Source: Eledone cirrhosa
Lineage: Eukaryota
Direction: 5' to 3'
Assembly (NCBI GenBank): GCA_964016885.1
Contig: CAXHJY010000453.1
Span: forward strand, 1 to 30,030
DNA length: 30,030 nt
The notes beneath the pieces were generated by a model that did no database searches, was not told the DNA's origin, and saw nothing but the letters and a program-made list of their open reading frames with translations. The position numbers and the translations under genes are program-made. Positions 1 to 11,649 of this stretch are shown here, in pieces. How positions within the stretch are numbered: position 1 is the stretch's first letter; every line of letters starts with the position of its first letter.

Positions 1-147
1 ACACTCTATCGAATAACATTACTCCAAAGACCTTTTGGGGGAACCCCATTTCTGCCGCTTGTATTCAAAATCGTATTCATGTAAGGGTTAGCTCAAATAC
101 CGAATTGAAGTTGGCGAGTCTGGCTTTTACACCTTCCTCCCTTCTGA
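1..147 (-). mobile_element. RTE-clade LINE fragment (family B), cut by window edge
   Basis: Reverse complement aligns with 29100-29280 (ggaggaaggtgtaaaagc, aacccttac, aaatggggttccccc/aaatgggattcctc, tttggagtaa). Translates EMGFPQKVFGVMLFDRV, like the RTE C-terminal EMxFLRRIxGVT motif. Confidence 0.7.
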
Positions 148-349
148 TATTTTATTCTCCATTCATATTTCCAAAGACTTAGAAAATATTTGAACATTTA
201 GACATCATATTTTTAGAGATTTTTATTTTTATATGTTAGCCAACTTACTGCTTAAAGTTTTTTTGTTTTTTTTCATGAAAAATGTTTAATTAATGTATTT
301 TCACTCATTCCTTCATATCAGCTATTACTCTTGCACTGTTGTTGGAATG

Positions 350-1147
350 ATACATTGTAAATGAGGTTTAATAATTGAGGATGTAAAGGAAGACACACTG
401 TCAGCATTAGTTGGTGTTGGTTACTATATGGTGGTGAGATTAGTAGGGTGAAGAATGGGACTCAAAGATGGTTTTATGTTGAGTTAGAAACAAGCAACAA
501 ATGCAGTAGTTTTATTTGTAGGTCAACTTCTTGTATTTTGATTTAGGATTTGTGTGTAAGAAGATTCTACAAAGTTAGATCCAGTTGACAAAGTATCAAA
601 AGACTCGGCTGCAATTTAGTAGGTGAAAGAGCGGCATAGAGGTGTCCTTTGCTTTGATGGTAATCGTGCAAGTATTGCTATGGTGGATGAATACCTTCCA
701 GTTAGTAATGGAGGGTGCCTTTCTCTAGGTATTCCAGGCAAATGTTCTTCACCTGTACAATGACAGCACAACCAGAGGTAAACCAATTGGGGTTGTGAGC
801 TTGTGTTAGGAACATACCTCAACAAATAGTATTGCTCACCTACCAAGCTCTAATTAATCAGAGGAGAAACATATTGGCTGCTGTGGGTAGTCAGAATAGG
901 ATTGGCAGCTTTGATTAATTAGCTGACTTTGAAGTCCCCGAGAAAGTGACATTGAAGAATGGATTGATCAAACTGGTTGAGGTAAATATGGTAAAAGCTG
1001 AGTAATCAGAAGTTGAGAATCTTTAGAAAGCTGGGGTTAGTGATGGTCTATTTTCATAAAACCACAATTAAGTACATTTGGTGTGCTTCTGTGTCTGGCT
1101 TGCTTTTGGAAATATTTCGTGGGGAGGTGGATATTATGTATGCAAGC
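350..1147 (-). mobile_element. Highly degenerate CR1/L2-like LINE fragment (EN-RT tether region)
   Basis: Minus strand gives NPNWFTSGCAVIVQVKNI/AWNT*RKAP and then RVF*YFVN. These resemble the PWF...K..AW and xxFWxxV tether motifs of CR1-group ORF2. Many stops; boundaries approximate. Confidence 0.35.
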
Positions 1148-1294
1148 TTATGATATTTAAATGGAATGCTATTTAAAAGGTAATTGATTTGAAAGGTTTT
1201 ATTGTTTAATAGTAAGTAACTTCAGTATAAAACGTATCCTTTATTGATATTTTTTATCAAAAGAATTAAAAAAACAATTAGACTCTGTTACAGT

Positions 1295-1453
1295 GATGCA
1301 GCGGATTGGCAGAATCATTCAAACGTCAGAATGCTTTGCGGTATTCATTTTGGCTCTCTACTCTGAGTTCAAATCCCACCGAGGTCAACTTTGCCTTTCA
1401 TCCATTTGAGGTCGATAAAAAGAAAAACGTACCAGTCTAATACTGGAGTTGAT
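1295..1453 (+). mobile_element. tRNA-derived SINE, family 1 (MetaSINE-like core), older copy
   Basis: A-box-like tggcagaatc, B-box gagttcaaatcc, then the core gaggtcaactttgcctttcatcc...gtcgataaaa...gtaccag shared with five other copies in the window. Confidence 0.75.
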
Positions 1454-1945
1454 TCTTCCTCTATATCTCTTTCACATTTCCTCTTTCACTCGCTCTATCC
1501 TTTATTGAACAAAATCTACTGTATTCAGACCTGGAGAGGATTGGGCTCTGCCAGGTTTAGAAATGCTCTAGAAATATGAAGCCCCTACAACTCCACCAGG
1601 AGTTGCAGGACCATGGATGCATTATGCAATATATTTATTTGGTGATGGAAATGTTAAGGAGTAGAAATGTGAGTTAATTAGTGAGAGTAAGATTAAAATC
1701 TGTTAAAGTGCAATAAATCTGTGGCATGCTGAAGTATTGCTCTATTTTATTTATATCTGTCATTGGTGTCAGTAATAAAATTGGCAAAGAATTTAAACAG
1801 ATGAACAATATTAAAATTTAACCAACCACCTAATAAGAAAAATACAGCGTCTGGAAATGCAAAAAAGGTGTCTGAAACTATAAGAAAAAACATTCAGGTT
1901 TGTAAGGAAAGTGGAAAAACTGGATTGTAACAGAAGAAATATATC

Positions 1946-2168
1946 TTAACCATTGTTACCAACCCAGCCAAAGCCAGCTCTGTTTCTATGAAATGAAGCC
2001 ACCCATTTAAAAGATTTCCAACATAATTTTATATAAGAACCTTACATTAAGTTACAATCTTAGTAATGAAATAATTAATAATTTAAGTAAATCCTGCAAA
2101 ATTCTTCATCAATTAATTGAAATTGCATTTCTCATTTCTAATGAAATATGCTATCATGACAAGGTTAA
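1946..2168. mobile_element. piggyBac-like MITE, family 1
   Basis: TTAA at both ends (ttaaccattg...acaaggttaa). Internal sequence co-linear with 23276-23640 (ccacccattt, ttccaacataattttatataagaaccttacattaa). Confidence 0.7.
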
Positions 2169-2492
2169 GTTGGTTTGTAAACCATACAATGAAGGGTGTA
2201 TAAATATTCACCAAAATCATGGAAGTTCATGGAATAACATAGGGTTGTATTGCTTTATTAACCCTGCATCTGATGTAATATTAAAATAAATTCTCTTATA
2301 TGTTTAGTTTCATGTCATGAAATTAATAAAGAGCTGACACAAATTTAACATGCCTAGAGGCTTCTGACAGCATCAAACAATTGTAGATGTAGGGAGAACT
2401 TGAGGTTGGATTACATTTGGATGACTGCTTAGTAGTAATGGCTACACTGCCAAAAATGTTTCGAACTGAAGCAGTCACTACACACTAATAAT

Positions 2493-2655
2493 TGTCTCTA
2501 CTTTAGGCACAAGGCCAGCAAATTACCCAGTGCATTACTGGTACTTTATTTTATCGACCCCGTAAGGATGAAAGGCAAAGTCAACCTCCGCGGGATTTGA
2601 ACTCGGATCGAAAACATGGCGTCTGACCCTCTACTGATACTGCCAAACCACCGCC
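2493..2655 (-). mobile_element. tRNA-derived SINE family 1 with 17-bp TSD
   Basis: Perfect direct repeat cactacacactaataat at 2476-2492 and 2656-2672. A/B boxes and shared core on the minus strand. Confidence 0.9.
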
Positions 2656-2899
2656 CACTACACACTAATAATGGAACTCTTTACAAAAAGGATAACTTTT
2701 AATTGAGTTAACTCAGAAGCAACTCCTAATCTAATTATGTATGGCCCCAAAACTTGACTTGTCGGATATGATCTGAAAGTTGTACTATAAGGATAAGATG
2801 CTGGAATATTACATAGATTTTAGGTATGAACTTCTATATTACACTTCTAGTTAATCATGTGTAGAAAGTTAGATGAATCAATGTTTGTAATATTTGGTT

Positions 2900-3220
2900 T
2901 CAGTTGTATCCATCGTAGGCCCCTTTTGGTCACAAATGAGCATGGTTTCGCACCTAGAAATTTTCCCTTCCAAGGCACAAGTCTGGGCAAGGTGTGTTTA
3001 TGGAAGACCAGCAGTCACCCATACATACCAGTCTCCCCCCTTCATACCACCCATGTTATCCAAGAGAAAGGCAATGACCGATACAGCTTGGCACGAGTGA
3101 TGTTGCAACTCTTTTCTACAGCTGAGTGAATTGGAGTAACATGAAATAGTATTTTGCTCAAGGACACAATGCATCACACTACAACTGCGAGCCCAACACT
3201 CCAACCACAAAGCCATGCAC
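2900..3220 (-). mobile_element. tRNA-derived SINE, family 2 (CORE-like plus Nin/Deu-like domain)
   Basis: Minus strand: gtgtccttgagcaaaatactatttcatgttactccaattcactcagctgtagaaa, then gcctttctcttggataac and tatgggtgactgctggtcttcc. Homologous to 15590-15845. Domain names are from recall. Confidence 0.7.
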
Positions 3221-4171
3221 TTTAGTTGTATACTTAGATAATATGCAATGATACTAGTCTTATTCCAATTCACTACCATCCATCTACTACTTAGACTATT
3301 CTTTTTAGCATTTGAAGCTCTATGATATTTGGATTGCTTCTATAGAGATTGGCTGATGTAAAAGATAATCTGTATATAATTGATGAGATAAATCAGTACA
3401 TAAGTACATATGAAAGACACTTGGTATATACTTAATCAGCATATAATTGATAATGATTAAACTAAACCTATGAAAGTGAGATCTCAGCTGATATAGTGCA
3501 ACAAATCTTTTTTTCAATTTTAAAGTTTTATGCAATTAGAAATAGATATCTTTTTTTTTTTTTTTTTGTAGAGATACCTTTTGTAGGTGTGAATATTTAA
3601 ATAGAATCTCTGTATGATACCTGCTATGTTTCTTTAGTTATGAAACAGTGACATACTTAAGCAGCAGAAATAGCTGGAAAAACATAGCAATATGTCATTT
3701 AAACCTGCCAATGATTTTACATCTGTCTTTAATGTGCTAAAATAATATTTTTAGAAGGTTAGATTAAATACTGTTTCTTGTGATATATGTATATATTGTG
3801 TATATGTGTTCACTAACATCGGGTACAAAACCTACTTGCAGGCAGGTATTTTTCTAATGGCATAAAATGTGTTCCCACACTTTTTCATTGTAAATGTTAA
3901 TTCACTTTTTAACACATTATATCAAGTTTCATATTCTCCATAATTTTCCAATATAATGCTACTGGGAAACATATTTATTCTATACATGCATGTAGTATAA
4001 TTCTGATTATTATATCTATACATTTTGTAATAGATCTGATTAAGGGAAATTTGGCAGTTTAAGAAACATCATTTGAAAACAATATAGTTTTCCAATAACA
4101 ATATGCACATTTATATGGCAGAATTGGTAGAGTATCAGTCAAATTATACCTGTTAATTGGAAAAAAGGTAG

Positions 4172-4698
4172 ACATCATCATCATCATCATTTATTGTCTT
4201 TTTCCACACTGGAATGGTTAGACAAGTTGTCCCATTGAGACAAGCCAGGTCAGATGACCATGTCCTTCTCATACAGAAATGGTTTCTATGGCTGAATGCC
4301 CTTCCTATTGCAAACCACATTTAGTGTGTAATGGGTGCATTTTATTGTCACCTACACGACCACATTTACAGTGTGATCTGGGTGCTTCTTGTCGTGTCAC
4401 CTACACAACCACTTTGGTGTAGTGTGGGCTTGGTGCTTCTTGTCGTGTCACCTACACAACCACTTTACAGTGTGGTGTGGGCTGGGTGCTTTTTCTTGTC
4501 ATTAATGACCACTTTATAATGTGGACTAGGTACTTATTACCGTGTGGACTAGGTACTTTTCGTTGTATCACATACACGACCACTTTAGTGTGGGCTGGGT
4601 GCATTTTGTCATGACACCTACACAACCACTTTACAGTGTGTACTGTGTGCTTTTTGTTGTGTCACCTACACAACCACTACAGTGTGGGCTGGGTGCTT
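4172..4698 (-). mobile_element. RTE family A 3' end with ~9 units of a ~48-bp tandem repeat
   Basis: (CAT)n tail and the ggctgaatgcccttcc motif match the LINE 3' end at 16951-17222. Repeated unit acagtgtgggctgggtgctttttgtcgtgtcacctacacaaccacttt spans 4322-4698. Confidence 0.85.
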
Positions 4699-5099
4699 GA
4701 CATTCCATTATATATAGGTAACTAAATTACCCATTTTCTAATGTGTTGGAAATTTGATACAAATTAAAAATAGTATCCTAACCTTGTCTTATGGCTTACT
4801 TAGCTGTGTTTTATTGTCTTCTGTATTTTAATAACTCATGTAATCTATCCCAAACTAGATTTCTTGCATTGCATTTATGAAGCGTTAACAAATGAGTCAC
4901 ATAATTTTTAGTAATTCTTCACTAATTTGTTGCTCCAGTCCCATTGTTTTAGAGTTAAATACTGTTGAATTAGTATAGAAATGGTATCATTCTTTAAGAA
5001 CAAAATAAATATAAGAGCATTACATCCTCACTGTAGTTTAAATTTACCAGTGTCACACTTCTTTATCAATGTCATTTTTTTATATTTTTCTAGATTTTG

Positions 5100-5138
5100 G
5101 TCAACCATATTATCTAAATTTGAAGTTAGAGATTCTCT

Positions 5139-5188
<50 letters not shown>

Positions 5189-5275
5189 TGTTTAGCGTGG
5201 AAGATGGACGTTAAATGATGATGATGATGATGAAAGAGAATCTCTTTAACTTCCAATTGTAATCCATCAATTGAC
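5100..5275. repeat. Palindromic structure with opposed (CAT)16 and (ATG)n tails around an RTE 3' tip
   Basis: gaagttagagattctcttt(cat)16 mirrors (atg)n-aaagagaatctctttaacttc. The centre tagcgtggaagatggacgttaaa equals the RTE 3' terminus at 25355-25377. Confidence 0.75.
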
Positions 5276-5561
5276 ATTCTCAAATTATTTAAAAATAAAA
5301 CTGCATATTTGACATTTTATCTTATTGAATGCAGCTTAACCAAATTTTCAGTTAACTTTGTTTCCAAATATTTTAAGAATTATATATAAAACATTGTGCA
5401 TGGTTATCAATCAGCATATAACTGTAGAACTTGCAGTATTTTTCAGAATGAGCCTTCAAGCTTTGTCTTCTGTAGTGACTCACTATGTAATCTAGCTTGG
5501 ATTGACAAGTCATGCTTCAAGCAAAGAAGATAACTGCTTGAAATTAACACATAGGTATTTA

Positions 5562-5584
5562 CAGTCTACGGCACCATTGAGGCT

Positions 5585-5627
<43 letters not shown>

Positions 5628-6723
5628 TGGTTTGGTGATATTGGGAGATAAATATAGCTTTGATGAGTAGAATAAACTATAGTTTGGTAGTTTTGCAATT
5701 TCGGTTCAAAAGTTATGAACGTTTTTCAATTTTAAGAGAAAAAATAAGAAACCAGGATCATAAGTTGTGTATTTTATCATTTATTGAAGTTCTCCTCATC
5801 ACTACTGTCTGAAATATCACTTTCACCATCACTGACTTCATCTTCAGCGTCTTCAATGGCTCTAGTACGTTCGTAAAGCTTGTTCAGATGAGAATTATCC
5901 TTGTTAATGCATCCTTGGACTGTTTTGCTCTCCAGATTCTGAAATGATACATAGTCATGCCAGCACTTGCTCAGAGATAGTGTTTATGTTGTACTGTCTT
6001 CCCACTTTTTCCTTTTCACTTAAGGAATCTTTGAACAGATTGCAGAGCTGCTTGGATCTTCTTTGGTTGATTGCAGTCAAGAGCATGAAACCATTTTCCA
6101 TACAACAATCTTAGTGTGAGTTGCCCAACGATCTTACAAATTTCTGGATTACGGAAGTCACAAGATGAAAATCAGGAACTACCGAAGCCTTTGGATTTCG
6201 ATTTCCAATCATCTTCTGCTCCGAAATTTCTCCAGTCTCAACAAATTTGGTCCATATTTCGCTGAGGAGCTTATTACTTCGACTAAGGACATTTGCAGTA
6301 CGGTTCCTGGCATCTGCATTCTTCTTCATTCAACCAGGTCTCTTATTACTGTGCAGCATGACTTGTTCATGATGAAATTTGGCTTGTACAGAGAGAATAT
6401 CTAGTTTCTCCTCCTTGGTAAGGCTGGCTCCTAGGTTGATTTATTTTAATCTTTTTTTTTTTCACAAAACTTTCCACAGATTCGAGAAATGGTTTATCCA
6501 CAACCTTATACTTCTTCTTGGGACTGTAAGAAACATTTCCCTGTCTTTTGTTCCTTCTTGGCTCCATAACACGATCTTCAGCTTGGTCCTTTTCATTTCT
6601 TTACATAACTTTTGATCTGGAGAGGGGAGGAAAATAATTAAAGATCTCAACAAGCTCAACAATATGGGTTTAAACAGTAAAAACTGAGTAAAACACAAAA
6701 TAAACCTCAATGGTGTCAGATTG
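5562..6723 (-). mobile_element. Internally deleted Tc1/IS630-superfamily DNA transposon
   Basis: Imperfect TIRs cagtctacggcaccattgagg and cctcaatggtgtcagattg. TA on the left flank; the right flank is TT. Contains a transposase remnant. Confidence 0.75.
5777..6567 (-). pseudogene. Transposase pseudogene lacking the DDE core
   Basis: Frameshifted pieces: MEPRRNK..., LTKEEKLDILSVQAKF, HTH-like RTANVLSRSNKLLSEIWTKF, AALQSVQRFLK*KGK. The last is fused directly to VGRQYN...NLESKTVQGCINK and an acidic tail EDAEDEVSDGESDISDSSDEE, with the stop at 5777. Confidence 0.65.
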
Positions 6724-6747
6724 TTTTACTGATCAAATATAATATAT

Positions 6748-7051
6748 ATAAAGTGGTCGTGATGGCGATGCGGCAAAAAGCGACCAGCCACACGTGTAAA
6801 GTGGTCATGTAGGTGTCACGACAAAAAGCACCCACTCCATACTATAAAGTGGTTATGTAGGTGTCACAACAAAAAGCACCCAGTACTCACTGTAAATGGA
6901 GTTGGTGCTAGGAAGGGCATCCAGCTGTAGAAACCAAGCCAAAATCAGTTGTGTGAGCAAGTCATGGTCACCTGACCTGGCATTGCTCACAATAGGATAA
7001 CTCTAACCCATGCCTGCATGGAAAAATGAACATTAAACGGTGATGGTGATG
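6748..7051 (+). mobile_element. RTE family A 3' end, ~3 units of the 48-bp repeat
   Basis: aaagtggtcatgtaggtgtcacgacaaaaagcaccc units, then taggaagggcatccagctgtagaaacc, aacccatgcctgcatggaaa and a gat-type tail. Confidence 0.85.
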
Positions 7052-7329
7052 CTGAAATACCTTAACAGGCATGTTATTTTTTTGTTGGGGGTGGTATTAC
7101 AGAAAATGATATAGATATAGAGAAGACTTTTAGGTATATTTATTGTTTAATGTCATGGTTTGACACAGTTGTTTCAAATTAACATTTCCACATCAGCATG
7201 AGTCAACATGTAATTGATCTCATTAACAAAACATACATTTGGAACATTTATTTATGTTGGAAACAATATCAGAACCAAGGCAAATGGAAAACAAAGATAA
7301 CTTTTTAACATTAACCATTTAACATCTTA

Positions 7330-7600
7330 GCAGCAGTCTTGTGCACTCAGCTACCAACCCGAGTTTCACTGCTCATCAGGCCAAAGAGAGCATACTGTCA
7401 AAGTATTGGCCACTATCTGATTTGTAGTCAAGCCTGTGGAGACTTTGGATGTACTTGGTCCCCAGACTACACCCCAACTCATTGTTATTGAGGTAGAGTT
7501 GGCTACCTACAAGCTTTGCAATGTGGAGTAGCTGTTACAGTGTGTCTCCCTAGCCATCCTCCAGGGCATTGTCTTCTCCATTCTGTCCTGCAGGATCATG
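7330..7600 (+). mobile_element. CRE-like non-LTR retrotransposon C-terminal restriction-like endonuclease remnant
   Basis: Translates AKESILSKY.../KPVETLDVLGPQT...E*LLQCVSLAILQGIVFSIL, matching the K..KY...P.A.ET.G..G...QRLS.AI.RGN pattern. Same pattern as 28405-28810. Confidence 0.55.
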
Positions 7601-7607
7601 AGGCGGT

Positions 7608-7740
7608 TTAACCCTTTAGCATTTAAACCGACCCTATCTCTCTGTTCAAACTGGCCATAACCAGCTGCTCATACTTATCTTAAGGTATTGTTCTCAAAAT
7701 AAATATAAAAATCTTGTAGATTCGATGTTATTTGAAATAA
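7608..7740. mobile_element. piggyBac-like MITE family 2, one end only
   Basis: Starts ttaaccctttagcatttaaac. Aligns with the reverse complement of 11520-11646 (ctgctcatactta, aggtattgttct, aaatcttgtagatt). Confidence 0.65.
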
Positions 7741-7765
7741 TTGAGATAAAGCCTTGACCATGAAA

Positions 7766-8515
7766 ATCATCATGGTTTAATGTCCATCTTCCATGCTAGC
7801 ATGGATAGGATGGGCTGTCCCTTTGTGAGGGATCAGGTCAGGGGACTGATTCATTCACACAGAACTGATTTTGGCTTGGTTTCTATGGCTGGATGCCCTC
7901 CCTAACACCGACTACATTTACAATGTGTGCTGGGGGCTTTTTGTCATGTCGCCTACACAACCACTTTACAGTATGGGCTGGGTGCTTTTTATTGTGACAC
8001 CTACATGACCACTTTACAGCGTGGACTGGGTGCTCGTGGGCTCTTTATAGAGGAGGTTGGAAACTTGGGAGTGGGGAAGATGCTGGGGAAATTGGGGATG
8101 TAGGTATAAGGGAGGTTTATGGGAGGGGAGATGTTAGAGAAAGGTGTTGCCTACTAGGTATATGCCTCACCCCTAGAATAATAGAGGGCGGGTCTTCTGC
8201 AATATTTCATAGCGCCAGAGGTCATGATCCTGTGTCATCACCTTAGAGAGCAAAGTCATCTCTTATTACTTCATCCAAGTCTTCCTAGGCCTGCCTACTC
8301 CATAACTAAACGTCAACTTTAAGTGCTCTGCATCTTTTAATACAGCTGTCATCTTTCATACACATCCCATGTCCATACCAATGCAATCTCCTTTCCTGCC
8401 CACATCTGATCCCTCTTATGTCTAATTTCTCGCATATAGTACATCCATTGAAGGATGGCGGCTTCATTTGTTTCCAGTCTTTGCAGGTCCTCAGCACACA
8501 GTGCCCAGGTCTTGC
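7766..8515 (-). mobile_element. 5'-truncated RTE family A LINE
   Basis: Encodes GIRCGQERRLHWYGHGMCMKDDSCIKRCRALKVD, near-identical to the 17250-17705 product. Has the 3' UTR with ~3 48-bp units and a (CAT) tail. Confidence 0.9.
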
Positions 8516-9739
8516 AGTAGTAAATATATGGTAATGTAAATGCTGTTAAACAGTAATACAGATCTTACACACATAGTAAACGGTTATAAAGTTTATTGTT
8601 TCAGCTTATTTCAAATAAGATTTAGGTTTTTTTAAATATTAAAATTGAAAATTTTTCTTTTAAAATCAAAAATGTTAAAGGAATTATTAGTATTGAAATG
8701 TGCACCTTCAGAGTTTTCTTTTGTACATGTGCTGCACATATCTTACAGATCATCCTGAAACTTAATGTCTGACCTGATTTTATACTGGATAGTTGTACCA
8801 GTCTTGGACTGTAGTTATTTAGTGCTAAACAGGGTAAATCTCAGTAGGCCAAACAGCATTGTCTATATGACTATTGTGTTAGAAGTTGGTTATTATTTCA
8901 AATAAATAATAGATAGACATTTCAACATTTTTTATTTAATTTTATAATTTATGATAGTATGAATGTGAGCAAACTATTTTGAGCTTTTGTTTCTGTTAAA
9001 TCATTTTTATGAGAACATGGTTTATTGAATGGTTCAATTTGCTAAAATATAACAAATTTCTGGTCTAAATTGTGCACTGATTTTAAAACGGCTGTATAAT
9101 GTTTGACATTTTAACTGTTCAAGTGGATTGCAAAGCTGTTAGTAGAAATGGAGAATGTTAAAGAAATGCCAAAAATAGGAATTTCAAAGTGGAATATCTA
9201 TCATTGATGAGATATTAAAAATATTCCTCATTTTAGAATGCCTCAAGGACACTTAAGTCATGACAGTATGTTACTCTATCATTCACTTCTAGATACTCAT
9301 ATTTTCATATTCAGTCTAGGTCACTAAAATATCCCAATGTTGTAACATTAAACTTTTCTCCAATTTTACAAATAAGTGATGTCCTGAATTGTGAATAAAA
9401 AATATTTCCTTTGTCCCATTGCCTTCATACCGAAATCAGGTGAAATCATATTTTCCTTTTGTTTTCCTTTTTATTTCTTGCTTTAATCATTCTAGAAAAT
9501 TGTGAAACCTGATGCAAGTTCATTTTAAAATGTCTTACATAACTGGAGGATAGCCCACTTCTGACAGAACATAAGTTGTCTCAGTCCTGTATATATTCAC
9601 CAGTCTTAGTAACTCACACTCTCCCATCTTCCTTCCTGTCAAGCAACATGTGCTAGCCATTGCTACACATCATACAGTGCCACTTTTATTATGCTCTCAT
9701 CTTCAACTCTTTCATCACTGCTTGAGTCAGAATGATTTA

Positions 9740-9925
9740 GTGTTGGTGTCACAATAAAATGTACTCAGTACATTCTGGAAAGTAGTGGTGTTGGTGCGAT
9801 AAAATGCACGTAGTACATACTGTAAAGTGATTGACATTAGGAAGGACATTCAGCTATAGAAACGATGCCAAAATGTAACATGAGTAAGACAGTCAAGTGA
9901 CTTGTCTAATCTCAATGTGATGATA
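9740..9925 (+). mobile_element. Degenerate RTE family A-type 3' end
   Basis: ggtgtcacaataaaatgtactcagtac, ctgtaaagtgattgacattaggaaggacattcagctatagaaac. Confidence 0.65.
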
Positions 9926-10277
9926 TAGAAATTCAGGAAGTTCAGTATTCAGTTATCAGAATAAATCATTTTTGACTAGGTAATCATTCCTATAGGTATT
10001 CAGTTCTGATAATATTCAAGGTTGGTTACCTTGAATATTAACCAAGTACTCAATAGGTTATGATGCTATATTGCTACAGTAAAGATTGAATTTCTTTCAA
10101 TTATTTCAGTGTATGAAAAGAAATTAATTAATCTTTTTAGTAAAAACAAAATTAAATTATATTTAAAAAAAAAAAAAAACAATTTTTTTTTTATTAGTTG
10201 GGCAAATTATGACTAATTACATGTTTTCCTCCTGGAAAATGTTTTCAAGGGTTTTTTCTTTTTTTCTTATATCTATC

Positions 10278-10311
<34 letters not shown>

Positions 10312-11306
10312 CCTTCTATCTTCCAATGAAGGACTAATGCCCAGAACATCAATATACTTTTTCCTATTCTATCGAGCATTAAATAATATATTATCATTGT
10401 ATTGTTCCCATGTTTTACCTTGACTTTTCTCTCTCGCGTGCGTGTGTCTGTATATTCATCATCATCATCATCATCATATATATATTCATTTAAAAACAGA
10501 AGGCTAGACTAGAAACTTTAAAGTTTTAATTCTGTGAAAACACTATACATATTTCAATGGCCTAGTTTCATCATCTGATCATGAATGAAGACTTGGTCGA
10601 TTTGATCAGGTGTTGATTACTGAATAAGTTATATAAGATAACAGGATTACGGTGAACACAGAATAGATTTAGTTTGGGGATGGTGATGATGGCTTGCAAA
10701 TTCAGTTGTTGTTGTAATGGCAAACCATCTCTGAATGTGCTACTCATTGGTAAATAACAACATAAATTGTGTGTGTGTGATGCTATAAGTATGTTTGTGT
10801 CCAAATGATATGTCTATATGGATAATTTGTTAACATTGAGAGATAAAAATAAATTTGGCAAGATATTGATCAACAACTTGACGGAGGATTAATTGTTTTC
10901 CCTTGTCACATGTGAATTATATAAACAGCATAAGAGCAATGTAGCCTGCATTTATTAAGTCTTGTATTTTCTTTGTTGAAATTCTTATCACATTTTATTG
11001 CTGTATGAACACACAAGTGAATTAGTGAGTGTATATAAATATGACTGAAGTAATATGCTATTGTAAAGATATATTGATACCAGCTGTTGTCCTGTTGCTA
11101 GTCTTTGGTTATTAATTCTTGATATTACTGATATAGTTCAATATTACTTTAGTATGAAGTATTTTCTTTCTTTTTTTGCCTATTTTTTGTGCGGGGGGGG
11201 GGGGGGGTCCTTTAGGAAAATTGTATCATTTGACTACTTGGCTATATTAAATACTGATTCTCTTTTGACTTTTAATCTACAGTGCTGTGTCCCATGGTTG
11301 AGACCC

Positions 11307-11646
11307 TTAACCCTTTGGCATTTACATTACTCTATTGTTACTGTTATATTTTCACGGTAAACACTTTGCCTCACCTAATAGCATTTACATTATTCTATAT
11401 ATACTATATTTTCGAGGTAAATCTTTACCTCACATAAATATCTCGCATAACATTTACATTACTCTATATTTACTATTATATTTTCACGGTAAATACTTTA
11501 CCTCGCATAAATATCTCGCATATCAAATCTACGAGATTTTGATATTTATAAGAACAATACCTAAAAATAAGTATGAGCAGCCGGTTATAGTTGCTTTGAA
11601 CAGAAAGAGTTGAGAGTTATGGCTGGATACGGCCAGTTTAAATGCT
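11307..11646. mobile_element. piggyBac-like MITE family 2 with three internal 63-73 bp tandem units
   Basis: Left end ttaaccctttggcattta; truncated right end taaatgct. Units begin catttacatta at ~11319, 11382 and 11451. Confidence 0.7.
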
Positions 11647-11649
11647 CAT

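Noticed and set aside
616-846. GIY-YIG (Penelope) endonuclease suggested by LVYLWLCCHCTGEE
   Set aside because: No YIG/ET motif; another frame fits a CR1-like tether better.
4322-4698. CRISPR-like repeat array
   Set aside because: Units are contiguous with no unique spacers, no cas genes are present, and the same unit is part of the RTE 3' UTR.
4981-5214. Poly-Ser ORF
   Set aside because: Translation of the (CAT)n retroposon tail.
9237-9266. Small exon-like tttag|AATGCCTCAAGG...GACA|gtatgt
   Set aside because: Weak pyrimidine tract and no partner exons; expected by chance in AT-rich DNA.
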